Of a stretch of DNA of 64,000 nt, positions 40,701 to 54,755 are shown in pieces (the stretch's first letter is position 1; every line of letters starts with the position of its first letter). The translations under genes were made by a program, and so were the position numbers. The DNA is from Octopus vulgaris (lineage: Eukaryota). The notes beneath the pieces are model-generated. The model saw nothing but the letters and a program-made list of their open reading frames with translations. It had not been told where the DNA came from and did no database searches. The stretch is from NCBI GenBank assembly GCA_951406725.2, contig OX597831.1, positions 31,806,001 through 31,870,000 of the forward strand, in the 5' to 3' direction.

Positions 40701-41873
40701 TCAAAGCTGGTTGTCAGGCATTTGCCCAAGGTCTGACACAGTGGGACTGAACCCAAGACCATGAGGTTGGGAAGCAAGCTTCTTATCCACACACACACAC
40801 ATACACATACAATGTTATCTGTTTCAAAAAACCAAGGGAAGTGAAAGGTGAAGAATTTAGGTTCTCTACAGAGAAACATGGAATAGTGGTAAAAGGTTTA
40901 AACCAAATCCCCAAGTTGCTAATTCACTGACCCCGGTATGTCTTCATGATTGATTATCTCAAATAACTTTTGGCCACCAGTGACCACAGAATAAAAATAA
41001 ATTTTAAAAAAAAAGAAAATACGCAAAACTGAAAATAGCATTACAGGAAATGTGAAGGTACAGCATTACTGTGGTGGCGGCAGCGACGGTGGTGGTGGTG
41101 GTGATGATGGCAGTGGTGGTAGCAATGATGGTGGTGAGAGTGGTGTGGATTCACATATGACAAGCACATTAAACATTCATTCATCATTGCAGAGTCTTTA
41201 TCTACTTTAATCTATTTATGATCAGATGTTTCTTGAGAGAGGGTGATGGTGGCCTGTGGTTGCAGCTGGCTAATATTCCTATTGCCCACTGGGGAGAGGG
41301 GTGCGTGTGTATGTGAGAAAGAGAGAGAGAGATGGTGTTCTCATTAAATATAAACATTAAAATACTTCTCATGTTTGATCAAAAATTTCAGCAAGAAGAT
41401 GTTCTTCCATCATTAAAAAGTTGCTAGTTTGCTCACACACACACTCCCCTGGTTTCAGTCATTGAATTGAGGTCATACTGGAGCATAGCCTTTGAGGATA
41501 TAATTGGTTTCGAACTCAAGAAAATGAAAGTTGAAGTTAACCTGGAAGAGGTTTCCAGTCAGAACTTCAGGGCCCAGTCAAATCCCACATTGCCCTTTCA
41601 TATGTTCTATTTTGACAAGGTTTCTGTGGCTGAATACCTTTCCTGATGCCAACCAATTTACAGAATGTACTCAGAGCATTTTATAGTGGAACCAGCATTA
41701 GAGAGATTACATTGTCCCTTGAAAGACTAAAAAATTCTCTCTATGTTGTCTGTGTTCACTGTTTGTGCCCAATCTTCAATAAGATCATATCAGTCCACTG
41801 TTTCTTCAAATGATAAAATGTTTATAAAAAAATTGAAATAAATATTTAAAAATATATGTATATATATATATAT

Positions 41874-42215
41874 CATCATCATCGTTTAACGTCCGTTTTC
41901 CATGCTAGCATGGGTTGGACGGTTCGACCGAGGTCTGGGAAGCCAGGAGGCTGCACCAGGCTCCAGTCTGAGCTGGCAGTGTTTCTACAGCTGGATGCCC
42001 TTCCTAATGCCAACTACTCCGTGAGTGTAGTGGGTGCTTTTTACGTGCCACCGGCACAGGTGCCAGGGGAGGCTGGCAACGGCCACGATCGGTTGGTGGT
42101 TTTTACGTGCCACCTACATGGAAGCCAGTCAAGGTGGCGCTGGCATTGGCCACGTACGGATGGTGCCTTTTTGGTGCCAGGGTAGGTTGGCAACGGCCAC
42201 GAATGGTTGGTGCTT
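41874..42215 (-). mobile_element. 3' UTR fragment of the RTE family at 61401-62135
   Basis: CATCATCATCGTTTAACGTCCGTTTTCCATGCT...CTGGATGCCCTTCCTAATGCCAAC is shared with 61401-61570. Confidence 0.8.
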
Positions 42216-42223
42216 ATATATAT

Positions 42224-42413
42224 ATACATGTGTATATTTAGGGCTAAAAAGCCTCTAGGTGGATAGCCATATGCTAGAAGATCACATACGATCTAACTAC
42301 AAAGGAAGAATGTTCTCCAGAGAAAAGTCAGCGAACACCAGAACATAGGCGGCCAAGACAGATAGCATATGGCTATCCACCTAGTGGTTTTAGCCCTAAA
42401 TATACACATGTAT
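42224..42413. repeat. ~50-bp inverted repeat with 86-bp spacer
   Basis: 42224-42276 versus 42363-42413. Confidence 0.85.
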
Positions 42414-42507
42414 TGAAATTTTTTAGATGCTAGGCTACTGGTTTTAAATTGATATTAATTAAATTAATATTCAATTTATCTCCCTCGTTATTTAAATATG
42501 TATATAT

Positions 42508-42919
42508 AGGCGCAGGAGTGGCTTCTGAAGCAGACTGACTTTAAATTTGATTTTATTACTCCATGAAATACTCTTTTACTCTTTACTCTTTTACTTGTTT
42601 CAATCATTTGACTGCGGCCATGCTGGAGCACGCCTTTAGATTTGGTAGACGGAAACTGAAAGAAGCCCGTCGTATATATGTATATATATATGTATATGTG
42701 TGTGTGCGTGTATGTTTGTGTTTGTCCCCCTAGCATTGCTCGACAACCGATGCTGGTGTGTTTATGTCCCCATCACTTAGCGGTTCGGCAAAAGAGACCG
42801 ATAGAATAAGTACTGGGCTCACAAAGAATAAGTCCCGGGGTCGAGTTGCTCGATTAAAGGCGGTGTCCAGCATGGCCGCAGTCAAATGACTGAAACAAGT
42901 AAAAGAGTAAAAAGAGTAT
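42508..42919 (+). mobile_element. Rearranged SINE A
   Basis: Short head, then a copy of the downstream flank, then the inverted 3' tail, then the forward body (see findings). Confidence 0.85.
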
Positions 42920-44872
42920 ATTTATAAATGCCAACACAAAGCATTCTGAAGCAGACTGACTTTAAATTTGATTTTATTACTCCATGAAATATACACCATC
43001 TTTTAAGTTGCTATGGCATCACTGGAGATGTAAAGGACCCTTGACGGGACAATCCTAATCTGGGAAGTTCTTTCTGTTCTTGACTGGTGCTGATTCATTT
43101 GAGTAGATACTAATTCACATCTACTGAAATCCATTTCAGGATATATTTTATTATCCAACTTGGAAATTTAAGAATTAATACTGATCATGACATTGTATTT
43201 TACCATGTGCAGTGTATTCTCATAAAAGATTAAACCATGACATATCTGGTGCAGTGGATCTAAATAGTGGTCTGCTCAGATCTTTTGATTGGTCACCCCT
43301 ATAATACTGGTCTATGTGAACCAAGCCAATTAGGGTCTGTACAGCAACAGCTTTAATATTGGTGTGATCCAGTCTATAGAAAAAAGAAAAAAAATTCGGA
43401 ACTCACACAGTTCATGTTCTCATGTTCATACGGTTGTAAAACTATAATCACATTATCCAGGTGTAGTGCATCTAGGATTATATTATTCAATATGTCCTTC
43501 CTGTTTTAAAGCAAATGTGTTTTGAGTGACCATATAGAATCTGTTTATGTGTGTCAGTGTAAATATATGTCTAAATGTGTCTAGGATTACATTATCCTAA
43601 TCATTTTTTAATGGTAGGATCTAAGTGAGATTTGGTTGCTATTTTTAGCATCTTGATCGACCACAAAGAGGCAGATGTAGCAGTGTTGTAGTTGATGATG
43701 TTTCATCAGTTACTATAAATGAGACTTGATTCAGCAAGCTTATGATGAAAGGCATCCAGTCATGGCCATCCTGTTTTTTTTGTCAGTCATAATGTGTACA
43801 GGACTACATTATCCAATGTGTTTTTTAAGGATGGTAAGGTATGATTTGAGGTAAACTTGGCTGGTACTTTTAGCAGATCAACATAGAAGCCCCCTCATAC
43901 TTGGTACTGTTCTTGCTAACTCACTTCCTACTTTTATTTTCAATTCTGTAATTCTAGAATGACTAATTCAAATTGACTTCTTGCATTGGTATGTATGAGT
44001 GTAGGCATGTGTGTGTGTGTGTGTCTGTGTATCCTTCCCAGATTCAGAAGAGCAAGAAAATGAGATTGTATGACATTCATGCCTATCTCTTGGAAATTCA
44101 AAACCATGCCTTGATGGCATTCCCTACACAAAGAATGTAGAATTAATGAATCTAGTGTGTGATAGAATTTTGCAACTCCTTGTTCTTTCTTGAACTAAAA
44201 ATATAAAGAATAAGTATAAATATAAAAACCCAACCTAAAAATATCATAGAAGGCAGTTTGACCACAGATTTGAGATTTCTGAGAAATCAAGGATGGGTAA
44301 ATTCCTTAATGTTCCTTTTAAAAATAGGAAACAAGAACAACTACCACTGCCACCACTACCACCACCACTAAGAATTTCCTTTCCACCATCTGGAGAGATA
44401 ATTATTTTTACAGGTCACTCTCCCCCACCTTCATTTCTATGAGTTTCATTCAAATTGACATCTACATTTTTTGGTCTTTTAGCCAATAAAAATGAATGCC
44501 ACCAGAATGGCCATCCTTACTTAGTGACCTCTCTCAGTACACATGAGACTGGACAGCTGGTGCCAGTGCCAAGGGAGGTGGTGTAAGTAACAACAATGAC
44601 CTTTTGCAAGACTTTCAAAATGGGTGTAGACTGGAGTTCTGGTTGATCAGCTTCTTAGATTCCTATTATGGTGAATGGTCAGAAGACATGGAGGCTGCAT
44701 TTGAAAATAGATAATAATCCTTTATCTTTTACTGGCTTGTTTCAGTTTCTGTCTACCAAATCTACTCACAAGGTGTCACACTATGGAACTGAACCATGTT
44801 GGGAAGCAAGTTTCTTACCACACAGCCATGCCTACACACACACACTAGTTAATTTAAAGTTAACATATTTCA

Positions 44873-46975
44873 TGTAACTAACATTAAAATGCTAACCAGA
44901 TATAATCATGCAATGAATAAAGAAGTCTTATTTATCGGTTACTCTATTATTTAGTAAGTCCAAGAGAATTATTTCTAAATAGCTTTTCAATGCTGCTTTC
45001 ATTGAATATATTTTTTATATCCAGGAGTTGGATAAATAATTTAAGGAAGCAGTGGGGAAGGTCAGTTTAATAGAGATGTGTCAGTCCACTTCTAGTCACA
45101 TGAGGGTGGTTGGAATTCTTCCACAACATCTCTTTTTAGAATTAGTCTCTCCTAACTTCTCTCTTTTGAAAATTAAACTCCGCTCAGAGTTTTAATATCT
45201 CTTACACTTAGGGTTCAATTCCAGTGTTTCTGTTCTTTTCAATTTTCTGGTGTTGTTTGGGTGTTGGTACCTCAAATGTGTCATACAAATACTTCCATGG
45301 GGATTTCATTTCTCATCACTCTTTTTTCCGTGAATCTTTTTTTAAGTTGGTTAATATGTCTTTTTATGTTCAACATTTTTTCCTTTTACCAGGAATAACA
45401 CTCCCACCTTTCTTTTCCATATCTATAGGTTTAAAAAAAATTTTGTCACCTAACTTGAAGAATTTTGAAGTATTTATGTTGTTCGCTTTTTTTCTATTTT
45501 TACTTGATATCATTTTATCAAAAGTGGATCTGATCTTTCTAGCAAACATCAATTCTGTGGGTGACATTCCAGATGGGGTATTGGATTAAGTGTTACTTGA
45601 TACACTCTTAGTGCTCTCTTGAAAGTGTCAACAAAATGCTCCGTGTGTCCATTTGAGCTCAGATGATAGGACAGAGTGGTGACATGTTTGATAACAAACA
45701 TTTTACAAAATTTTCTGAACTCATCTGAAGTAAACTGAGTTCCATTAACAGACACAATGGTATCAGGAATACCATATCTCGCAAACAATTTGTGTAAAAA
45801 ACTGTAACTGCAGATGTCAGCTTTATACACTTATGCACTTTGGGCCACTTTGAAAAACTGTCCAACACAACAAGGTAATATGAACTCTTAAGAGGACCCG
45901 CATAATCAACATGCAGTCTGGACCATGGAATATCTATTTTTGGCCACAGTTGCCATTTAGTGGTACATATTTTTGCAGCTAGGGCACACCCTCTGCATGC
46001 TTTCACCATTTCTTCAATGTCACACTCCATTGTTGCCAATATACATAACTTCTCATTAATCATTTCATTCTAGAAATCCCTGGGTGACCAATGTGAAATT
46101 CCTTTAGTAATTGATTCTGTAGTGTGGCTGGCACTATGACTCTGTGCATACACCAATGCATTGCCACACACTGAGAATGGGTTTGCATTTGTGTTGCACA
46201 TATTTTTATTTCTTTTAGCCGTCAACATTTCTTTCATTATCGTTTTTGGATTTCAATTTTATACCTTGTAAACTAACTGGCAGTTCACGAATGACATTAC
46301 ACAAAATATTTTGCATTTCATTTTCCACTTGCAAAGCAGCAATCACAGTATCTTCAAATGATTCCATATTTTTTAAAATTAGTCTTCACAGACAATCAGC
46401 GTGACCCAATTTCTTGGAGGGTATATACTCCATCTTGAAATCATAGTTTAATAATATCATACCCTAGCATTGCAACCTATTAGCAGTATGGGTAGGGATT
46501 CCTTTCTTTGACCCAAATATTGATAATAATGGATGATGATCAGTCTGTAGTCAAAAGCTTCTACTGTGTAAAAATCTGTGAAATTTTCTCACAGCCAAAA
46601 TAACTGTCCATCCAATTTTTACATTCTTTTTTGAAGATTTCTCTGTATCTTTGAAAATATGCAGAGAAGGTGATCCCTTCCTCTGATTTATAACAGAATT
46701 CTTCAATTGAATTTGCTATGCTGTCTAGCAAGTAAGAACCCGCAGTATTTTCCGACTTCTTCAACTTTAATTCCAGCAACTGTTGATTTTGTTGTTGTTG
46801 CAACTGCACCACAGAGGCCAACAAGTTCTCCATGTTAAAACGATATTTTTCTTTGGTTTTATATCAAAAAAAAAAAAAAAAAGAAAAAATTCGAAATGTC
46901 CAACACAAGCTTCAAACAACTCAGTATTGTTGTCTTTCTCCAATACCACCAGGTATTGTTGTCTTTCTCCAACTA
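44873..46975 (-). mobile_element. Decayed, internally deleted Gypsy/Ty3 LTR retrotransposon
   Basis: Gag-like MENLL...IANSIEEFCYKSEEGITFSAYFQRY (46561-46833); RNase H end LLNYDFKMEYIP...GHAD (~46400-46470); integrase CRGC...PWSRLHVDYAGP...VLDSFSKWP, LFARYGIPDTIVSVNGTQFTS and SSNGHTEHFVDTFK. A purine tract followed by TGTTGT at 45128 marks the probable 3' LTR start; the LTR far end is approximate. Confidence 0.9.
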
Positions 46976-47104
46976 AGAGGTAAATTTAGATTTATTGACA
47001 AGTTGTTTACATACATCATTCAATCCATCACTGCTTATTTAAATTCATGCCATCAGTTATTTCCTTTGCCACATTTTTTGTTTTTGTATCATTATTTCAT
47101 TATG

Positions 47105-47500
47105 TGCAGGCATGGCTGTGTAGTAAGTAGTTTGCTTCCCAACCATATGGTTCTGGGTTCAGTCTCTGCGTAGCACCTGGAGCAAGCATCTTCTATTATA
47201 GCCCTGGGTCAACCAAAGCCTTGTGAATCGATTTGGTTGATAGAAACTGAAAAAAGCTCATTGTGTGTATGCACGTGTCTTTATATGTGTGTTTGTTCCC
47301 CACAACCATTTGACAACCGCTGTTGGTTTGTTTACGTTCCTGTAACTTAGTGATTCAGCAAAAGTGACCATTAGAATAAGTACTAGGCTTAAAACAAAAT
47401 AAGTCCTGGGGTTGATTTGTTTGACCAAAAACCATTCAAGGCGGTGCCCCAGCATGGCCAAATCCAAATGATTGAAACAAGTAAAAGAATAAAAGATAAA
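47105..47500 (+). mobile_element. Diverged SINE A
   Basis: Same consensus with many CpG-to-TpG/CpA changes; similar old copies at about 40540-40790, 49255-49460 and 50570-50890. Confidence 0.85.
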
Positions 47501-47684
47501 AAGCATCTTTTTTGGGTGGGGTGGGGGTGGAATAATAAAATAATTTTTTCTTTTGTAAGACTACAAACCTTCCACTTCCTTAGACTTAAGCAGTAAAACA
47601 ACAGCAATACACATGTCTCTGCTTTCTTTTTAAATTCTACTTCTTCTCCCCCATCACCATAATCACCACCACCACCACAACTAC

Positions 47685-47730
<46 letters not shown>

Positions 47731-48686
47731 TCCATCATCATTATCACACATGCCATCCTTGTCATCACCAGAGAACAACTGCAATAACAACCATACCACA
47801 GCCACACTACATATTACTTTACCTTCTTGCTTTCAGTATCTACATGGGTTGCTGTGTGTATACACAATGAAAACAGAATAAGCATACATATATATATATA
47901 TACATGTATGTGCATATATATGTGTATGTATGTGTGAGTATGTACATATATATATATATGTATGTATGTATGTATACACACACACACACATAGTATGTAT
48001 ATATCTCCTCTAGATGTGAGCGTGTGTGAGCTGGGGGTTGGCGTTTGTATAAAGAAAACATGACTAAACTGTTAGGAAATAGCTAAGGATTTGCTCGGTG
48101 ACAATTCCCTACAACAACCGCCACCAATGATGTTTATATATGACTCTCTCCAACACTGTTCCCTGCCAAATGACTCTGGTTTTAAATATTTCTACAAGAC
48201 TTTTCCGGAATATTTACCTACTCCTCTTTCACCACCATCACCACTTATCCAGTGTCCACTCCTTATACGTTTTGGTCCCTACTGTTTTCTGTTTACAGAG
48301 GATAGCTAACTCCATAGCTTCCTCTGCCACTCCTGCCGACTGCATGCAAGATTCTACACACTCAGCTTAGGGAAACAAATATTTCATACTCACGCGTATG
48401 TGCATGTGTGCGTACATGCATGTGTGTGTTGTCTGCGTGTGTATGGCATACTTTTACTTGTTTCAGTCATAGGAGTGTGGCCATGCTGGGGTACCACCTT
48501 GAAGGGTTTAGTCAAACAAGGAGACACCAACGCTTCATCTTTTTAAAGCCCTATTATTCTATCAGTCTCTTTTGCCAAGTTACAGACTTCCTGTAACTGC
48601 TAAACAAACTAACAACGGCAGTGGGGTATAAGCACAGACACAAAGATACGCGTGCATGCACACACACACACATATATAAAATATAA

Positions 48687-49049
48687 ATGAGTAACAATAG
48701 AGGTACAGGTGTCAATCCATTATGGCTGTTTCTAACGACTCCTTTACTTGATTAATGAAAACATTACATCATTGTAAAGAAACCATTTTCATCAGGTGAA
48801 TTCATGAACTTCAAAATTAGGGACATTCGAAATGATTTAACATAGTTTAAAATTCACAGAGCAAAATCATTTAGAGCGATTCTGCTACTATCTCAGTTGA
48901 CAGAAATCACCTAAATGCTTTTGCTCTGTGGATTTTAAACTATGTTAAATCATTTTGAATGTCCTTTATTCTGAAGTTCATTAATCAATTAAAGTAATCG
49001 TTAGAAACGGCCATAATGGATTGACACCTGTACCTCTATTGTTACTCAT
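48687..49049. repeat. Imperfect 363-bp foldback
   Basis: ATGAGTAACAATAGAGGTACAGGTGTCAATCCATTATGG matches the reverse complement of the right end; inner arms also pair; about 50 extra bases on the left arm. Confidence 0.85.
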
Positions 49050-50000
49050 CATCATAATCATTATTTAATGTCAGTTGTCCATGCTGACATGGGTTGGCAC
49101 ATTGGAAGGCTGCACTAGGATCCAGTATGATTTGGCATGGTTTACTACGGCTGGATGCCCTTCCTAATGCCAACCACTCCGAGAGGGTAATGGGTGCTTT
49201 TACGTGCCGCTGGCATAGGTGCCATTTGCATGACACCAGTATCTGCCACAACTTTGTGCTTGTCCCCACCCCATCATCGCTTGACAACCAATGTTGGTGT
49301 GTTATATGTCCCCAAAACTTAGCAATTTGGCAAAAGAGACTGATAGAATAAGTACTAGGCTTACAAAGAATAAGTCCTGGGGTTGATTTCTTCAATTAAA
49401 GGTGGTACTCCAGCATGGCCGCAGCCAAATGACTGCAACATGTGAAAGAGTAAAAGAGTATACATACAATTGTCTTTGAAAAAAAGCAAATCCACTTACA
49501 AGGCTTTAAAAGAAGATATTTGTCCAAGGTGTCACCTGGAATCATGTGGTCAAGAAGTTAACTTCTTACCACACAGCCACTCCTGAATCAATGGATATTC
49601 AGTTTCAAATCAGTGTGGCTATGTGTGTCTGTATAAATGTAAACCTCATGCACATGATACCAATTTGGCTGTGTGGTCAAGAATGTTTACTTCCCAACCA
49701 CATGGTTTTGGGTTCAGTCTCATTGCAGATTCATTTGTTTTATGTTTATTTTCCATGCTAGCATGGATTGGACAAAATATGTATTGCAGCATTATCGTGC
49801 GTGCGTGTGTGTGTGTGTGTGTGTGTGTGTAAGAATACATACACACTATATGGGAAGAGTATGAATAAACACACATGCAGATACAAACACACACATACAT
49901 ACATCACAGGATTTCATAACAAAGAATTGTTTTTACAGTTTCGTTTGTGACATTGGTTTCTGTCTTATTGTTACAAACACAAGGAAGGCTTTAACAGATA

Positions 50001-50018
50001 AGTAGTAGCAGCAGCAGC

Positions 50019-50075
<57 letters not shown>

Positions 50076-50098
50076 TGTAGTAGTAGTAGTAGTAGTAG
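50001..50098. repeat. (AGC)n(AGT)n microsatellite
   Basis: Direct reading. Confidence 0.95.
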
Positions 50099-51024
50099 TG
50101 TTTGTGGAGCACAGGAAGGTCAGTGAAACATATTTATTTTTATAAAAAAACGGTTTGTTTCCCCATTTCCATATACACACTACCGACTTATCTATTTAAG
50201 CCTTCAGTGTTGCTTGCAACAAAGAGATAATGAAAGTCGAAGTCATTATTCTGGCATTTAGTATTGTTCATTCTAATACCAACCCACTCATGACCTCCTG
50301 TCATTTTATGATACAAACCTCTTGTTTTAAAGTAATCTGAATTAAAACCTTCCATCAGAATCTTATTGTAATTTTATGGTCTAAACGCCAGATTAATAAT
50401 GATGAAATTATTTTACTAAATTCTTGATTATTTTCAAAAACAATTGAAACAAAGGATGTGTATTTCTATAGAAATCTGATAACAAAAGGGTTAACGGATC
50501 TGTTTTGTTCATGGAGAAACCAATTTATTGTTCCACCACTCACTTTCTAAAATGGCTATCAGAACATGGAGGTGCAAGCATAGCTATGTGGTTAACAAAT
50601 TTTGCTTGGCAACCATCAGATTTGGCTTCAGTCCCATTGTGTAGCGACTTGGATATGTCTTCCACTACGGCCTCAGACTGACCAATGCCTTGGTGAATGA
50701 ATTTGGTACAAGGAAGACCATTTGAGTGTGTGTGTGTTTTTACACTCTTGTAACCTAGCAGCCTAGCAAAAAGATATCAATAGAGTAAAAGAACACTTAA
50801 AACAAGCACTAAGGTTGATTTTTAATTGACTAAACCTTTCAGGTCAGTGGTCCAGCATGGCTGCAATCCAGTGACTGAAGCAAGCAAAAAAAAAAAAAAA
50901 GGTAACATAAATTAATTGTGAAAGGGAAAGGACAATGTCATGACCTTTGCAGGCTCTGCTCCAAGACTGGTGAGATTAATGCTGCCATCATTCAACCTGA
51001 ACATTTGTCAAGAATGGTTTCAAA

Positions 51025-51280
51025 TGTGGTTCTCAACCATTTTTAACTTATGGACCCCTTTCATTTCTGTTTTACTGAGATGGACCCTCATGCACATTTG
51101 ATTTTTTAAAAATCCTATTATATTTTTAGAATTGTTTTTTTATTAGGAACTGTAATTAATAAAAATTGTTAAAATATTTTGTGGATTGTAGAAGTATAAC
51201 CAGTTTAACCACGAAATCTTATGTGGACCCCTAAGGGTCATATAGCTCCCAAGAGCCGTATGGACCCCAGTTGAGAAGCA
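51025..51280 (+). mobile_element. Decayed hAT-like MITE
   Basis: GTGGTTCTCAAC...GTTGAGAAGCA ends with repeated TGGACCC motifs; a related copy lies in the opposite orientation at ~59385-59640. Confidence 0.55.
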
Positions 51281-51419
51281 TTTGCTTGAATGCTTGCAGC
51301 ATCCAGATCAGTTCTGCTCCAGAAATATTTTTTTTTAATTAATTTTTGAATAAAATAGTCACTGGTTCTGGCATTCCAATGGTCTAATCACTGATCAAGT
51401 ACAACCTTGATGGGGAAAG

Positions 51420-51900
51420 TGACAAGGGAATGTATCCAACTCAGTGCAGAACAAATATCATAAGGAACTTTGGTAAAAAAGGCCAAATTTATTATCTTGA
51501 ATTTAGTTTTCATGCCTATCCTCACCCATGGTCATGAATGTCAGGGAATGACCAAAAGAATATGATTGCAAATACAAGTGGATTGCATGGAGCTTCTCCA
51601 AAGAATCTATGGAGTAATCTAACTCAACAGGTAGTGTAGCTGAGAGATCAGGGAGTCTCTTCAGGTTGAGCTGCTAATTCTCTGCATTGAGAGGTCACAG
51701 TTCTTGTACAACAGACGTGATTAGAATGTTGCAAAAAAAAAGTATGGCAAAATGGATTCTTCAAGCCAATCCAACCAGCAGGAAAGCTAGGGGGTAGACC
51801 AAAAATTAAGTGATTGGATTAATATCCATAGTGTCACATGATCATGCTTGGGAATCCTGCCAGAAGGTGTAATAATGGTTGCCTCTGATTAGACCCTAAA
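51420..51900 (+). mobile_element. Decayed RTE (Expander/Rex3-like) LINE fragment
   Basis: ILTHGHEC.GMTKRI*LQIQ...MELLQRIYGV...IRESLQVELLILCIERSQ and a later G-R-P motif; many stops. Confidence 0.7.
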
Positions 51901-53075
51901 GAGTAGGTGCCCCCTAGAAATAGTGGGTGGTGAAAAAGGATTGATTGTACATAAAACACTGTTTTTTTTTTGTCTTTCTTGCTCAGTTATTTCATTCATT
52001 GATAAAAAGTGGCAAAAGATACAAACACACATACATACACAGGGCTTCTATACAGTTTCCATCTATCAAATTCTATTTGTAAGACATTAGTTGACTGAAG
52101 ACTATGTAGAAGACACACTTGCTAAGGATACTTCACAGCGGTATTGAACCGGAAACTGTATGATTGTGAAAGAGTTCTAAACCACACAACCATACCTACT
52201 CCTAATTGCTGTTGTTTCATGGTTATTTGAGTTTTAATGGAGATAAAAGGTGCTGAGTGACAGAATGGCAGAACATCCGACAAAATAGCTTACATCACTT
52301 TACATTCTGAGTTGAAATCCCACTTCAATCACCTCTGCCTTTTATCCTTTTGAGGTCAATAAAATAAATATTTTTCCAAATTTTGGTACAAAGCTAGCAA
52401 TTGGGGAGGGGGTAGTTGATTATATTGATTCCAGTACTTGACCGGTACTTTATTTTATTGATCACAAAAAGATGAAAAGCTAAGTCAACCTCAGTGATAT
52501 TTAGCATTCAGATTACTTTATCCAGTTTAATACTTATTTATTCACATTGTTTTGAATTAATCATGGCTTATCTCATCGCTTCAAGATTTCAGTGATGTCA
52601 TTTGTTTTAATTTTAGAATGACATTGTAGGGTAGGTTAGAAAGGCTGGATCTAGTCAGTTTGACCCTAAAACAGGTCAAATATTTTGGCCAGATATGGTC
52701 GGTTTAAATGGTAAAAGGCCTGAAAAAATGGAGTGAAGCATTTTGTCCGAAATGCTAATGATTTGCCAGTTTACTGTCTTGACTAAGTATTAATGTATAA
52801 GTACTGAGGTGAATATTATTATGTATAACCATAAATGGGATGCTTCAGCATGACTGCAATCCAGTGACTGAGACCAGTAAAAAAACAAAACAAGGTATGC
52901 TGTTCTAAATTTGGAACATTCCAATATCCTAAGATTTAGGGAGAAGAGTGGGTTTGTTGAAGGAAATTTTGGTGCTGCAGAGAAACATCTGCACTCGACT
53001 GCCCCCACCCCTACCCCCATTCCTTCAGTTATTTGTATCTTTACCATTTCTGATTCCAGGAAATGGTTATTGGCA

Positions 53076-53117
<42 letters not shown>

Positions 53118-54755
53118 GATGTAAATGAGCATATGATGGAGCCACTATGTGGTCAACTAACCTACTAGAAAGAGCACACAAATTTCCTTAAAATCACATC
53201 TAGCCATCTTTGAAGGAAGGTAAAATATATAGAGAGATATTGTAGTTATAGATGTACTATGTCTGAAAAGAAGATGGGATTGTCATGGCTGGAATGCCTT
53301 TGATCATAAATCTCTTTAATCAGGGCTAATTTGAGGTTAAACCACAAAATACATCAAATACATTATAATAACAAATAAACAAAAATTAACTCTTCCCCTC
53401 TGAAAAACTTTAAATATTTGTCCCATCTGTGTAAACATGTTTCGACAACTAAACTTCCCTTAAATTTGATCTACAAGCCAAGGTTTACATTACTCATATC
53501 CATGTTGTCTCTAACTCTCCTGCTGTTTTCATTTTCTTAAATCCCTTTACAATCATAATTAAGCTGATGCATCAAATCTGATATGTTTCTCTGGGACTCT
53601 CAGAGGGGAAATTTCTAGGTGCATCATATGGTTATTCATGACCAAAGGGGATCTTTATCCCTTATATTTTCTACATCATATATGGTACATTACTATTTGA
53701 TTGTTGTTACTTAACCCTTGGTCAAGGGTCAAAAATATTCAGCTAACAAGTACAAAGACCAGAGAATTCTTATGAGTACAGAACTCAATTCCTGTGATTG
53801 TAAGCTGTAAAGGAATCTCTTATTCCCATGTTGACTTCACCTAAAGAACTATGGTGTGTATGTGTTTATTTTGTTTCAATCATCACAGCCAAGGCTAAGC
53901 AGGAGCACCACCTTTAAAATACTATGTATTAAATTTCCATTTGATATACATCTCTCTCTCTCTTCAGTAAACATAATTCATTCTGCTTCAGAGTGATCCT
54001 CATTCCATCTTTTTAAAATGATTTGTCCAAGGAAGAGGGACAGTTTCCATTACCTTCAGGAGTTGTTCCCGAAAGTGTAAAGCTGAGAGTAAATGTGGGA
54101 AATTAAGGAGATTCCAGGAGATTGCAATTCAGAAGGAAGGATTGGTAATCTCTAAAGTTGATAGTTCACTGTTGTAAATAGATGACGGTGGGAGCATTGT
54201 ATTACCACTGTGTTGTTTTTGTAGCCTGCAGTGATAGTATACTGAAGCAGGAGAGGTAAGATACGGGGATTGTTATTATTATTGTGAATGGTTTATACCA
54301 AACAAGCAACACCCTGCTACTCCAAGGTGTTCTGGGAATAATCAGTCAACACACAAGTATTTTAACAGTAAATATAACAGTGAGAATAATAATAAACTAT
54401 TTTCCAATGGTTTTTATTGATGCAACTAACCCCACTGGTTTCAAACAGAATAAAAGCATGACTTAATAGTTTGAAAACTAAACAACAAAACAATATTTCT
54501 TCATGAAAGGATAAAACTAAAACTATATTTTAGCTGCAGATATCATTAGCACAGTTATTGAGTGCCTAGTGCAGTCACTGTTCTCCTTTTCTCTGTTCCT
54601 AATCGAGAAATTGTTAGTACTGTTGCTGAATATCTCTCGTTGTGAGATTTACAAATAGTAATTTTCTAATTTATAGATCAGTGACTAGTTGTCATTTTGA
54701 AAACTATATATTTCAAACAGGAATTTGGCAACGCCACCACTAGCTGAACAATTAC

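Noticed and set aside
53960-54250. Non-repetitive-looking stretch after a pyrimidine tract, considered as an exon
   Set aside because: Stops in the frames I checked and no integrin or other recognisable motif.
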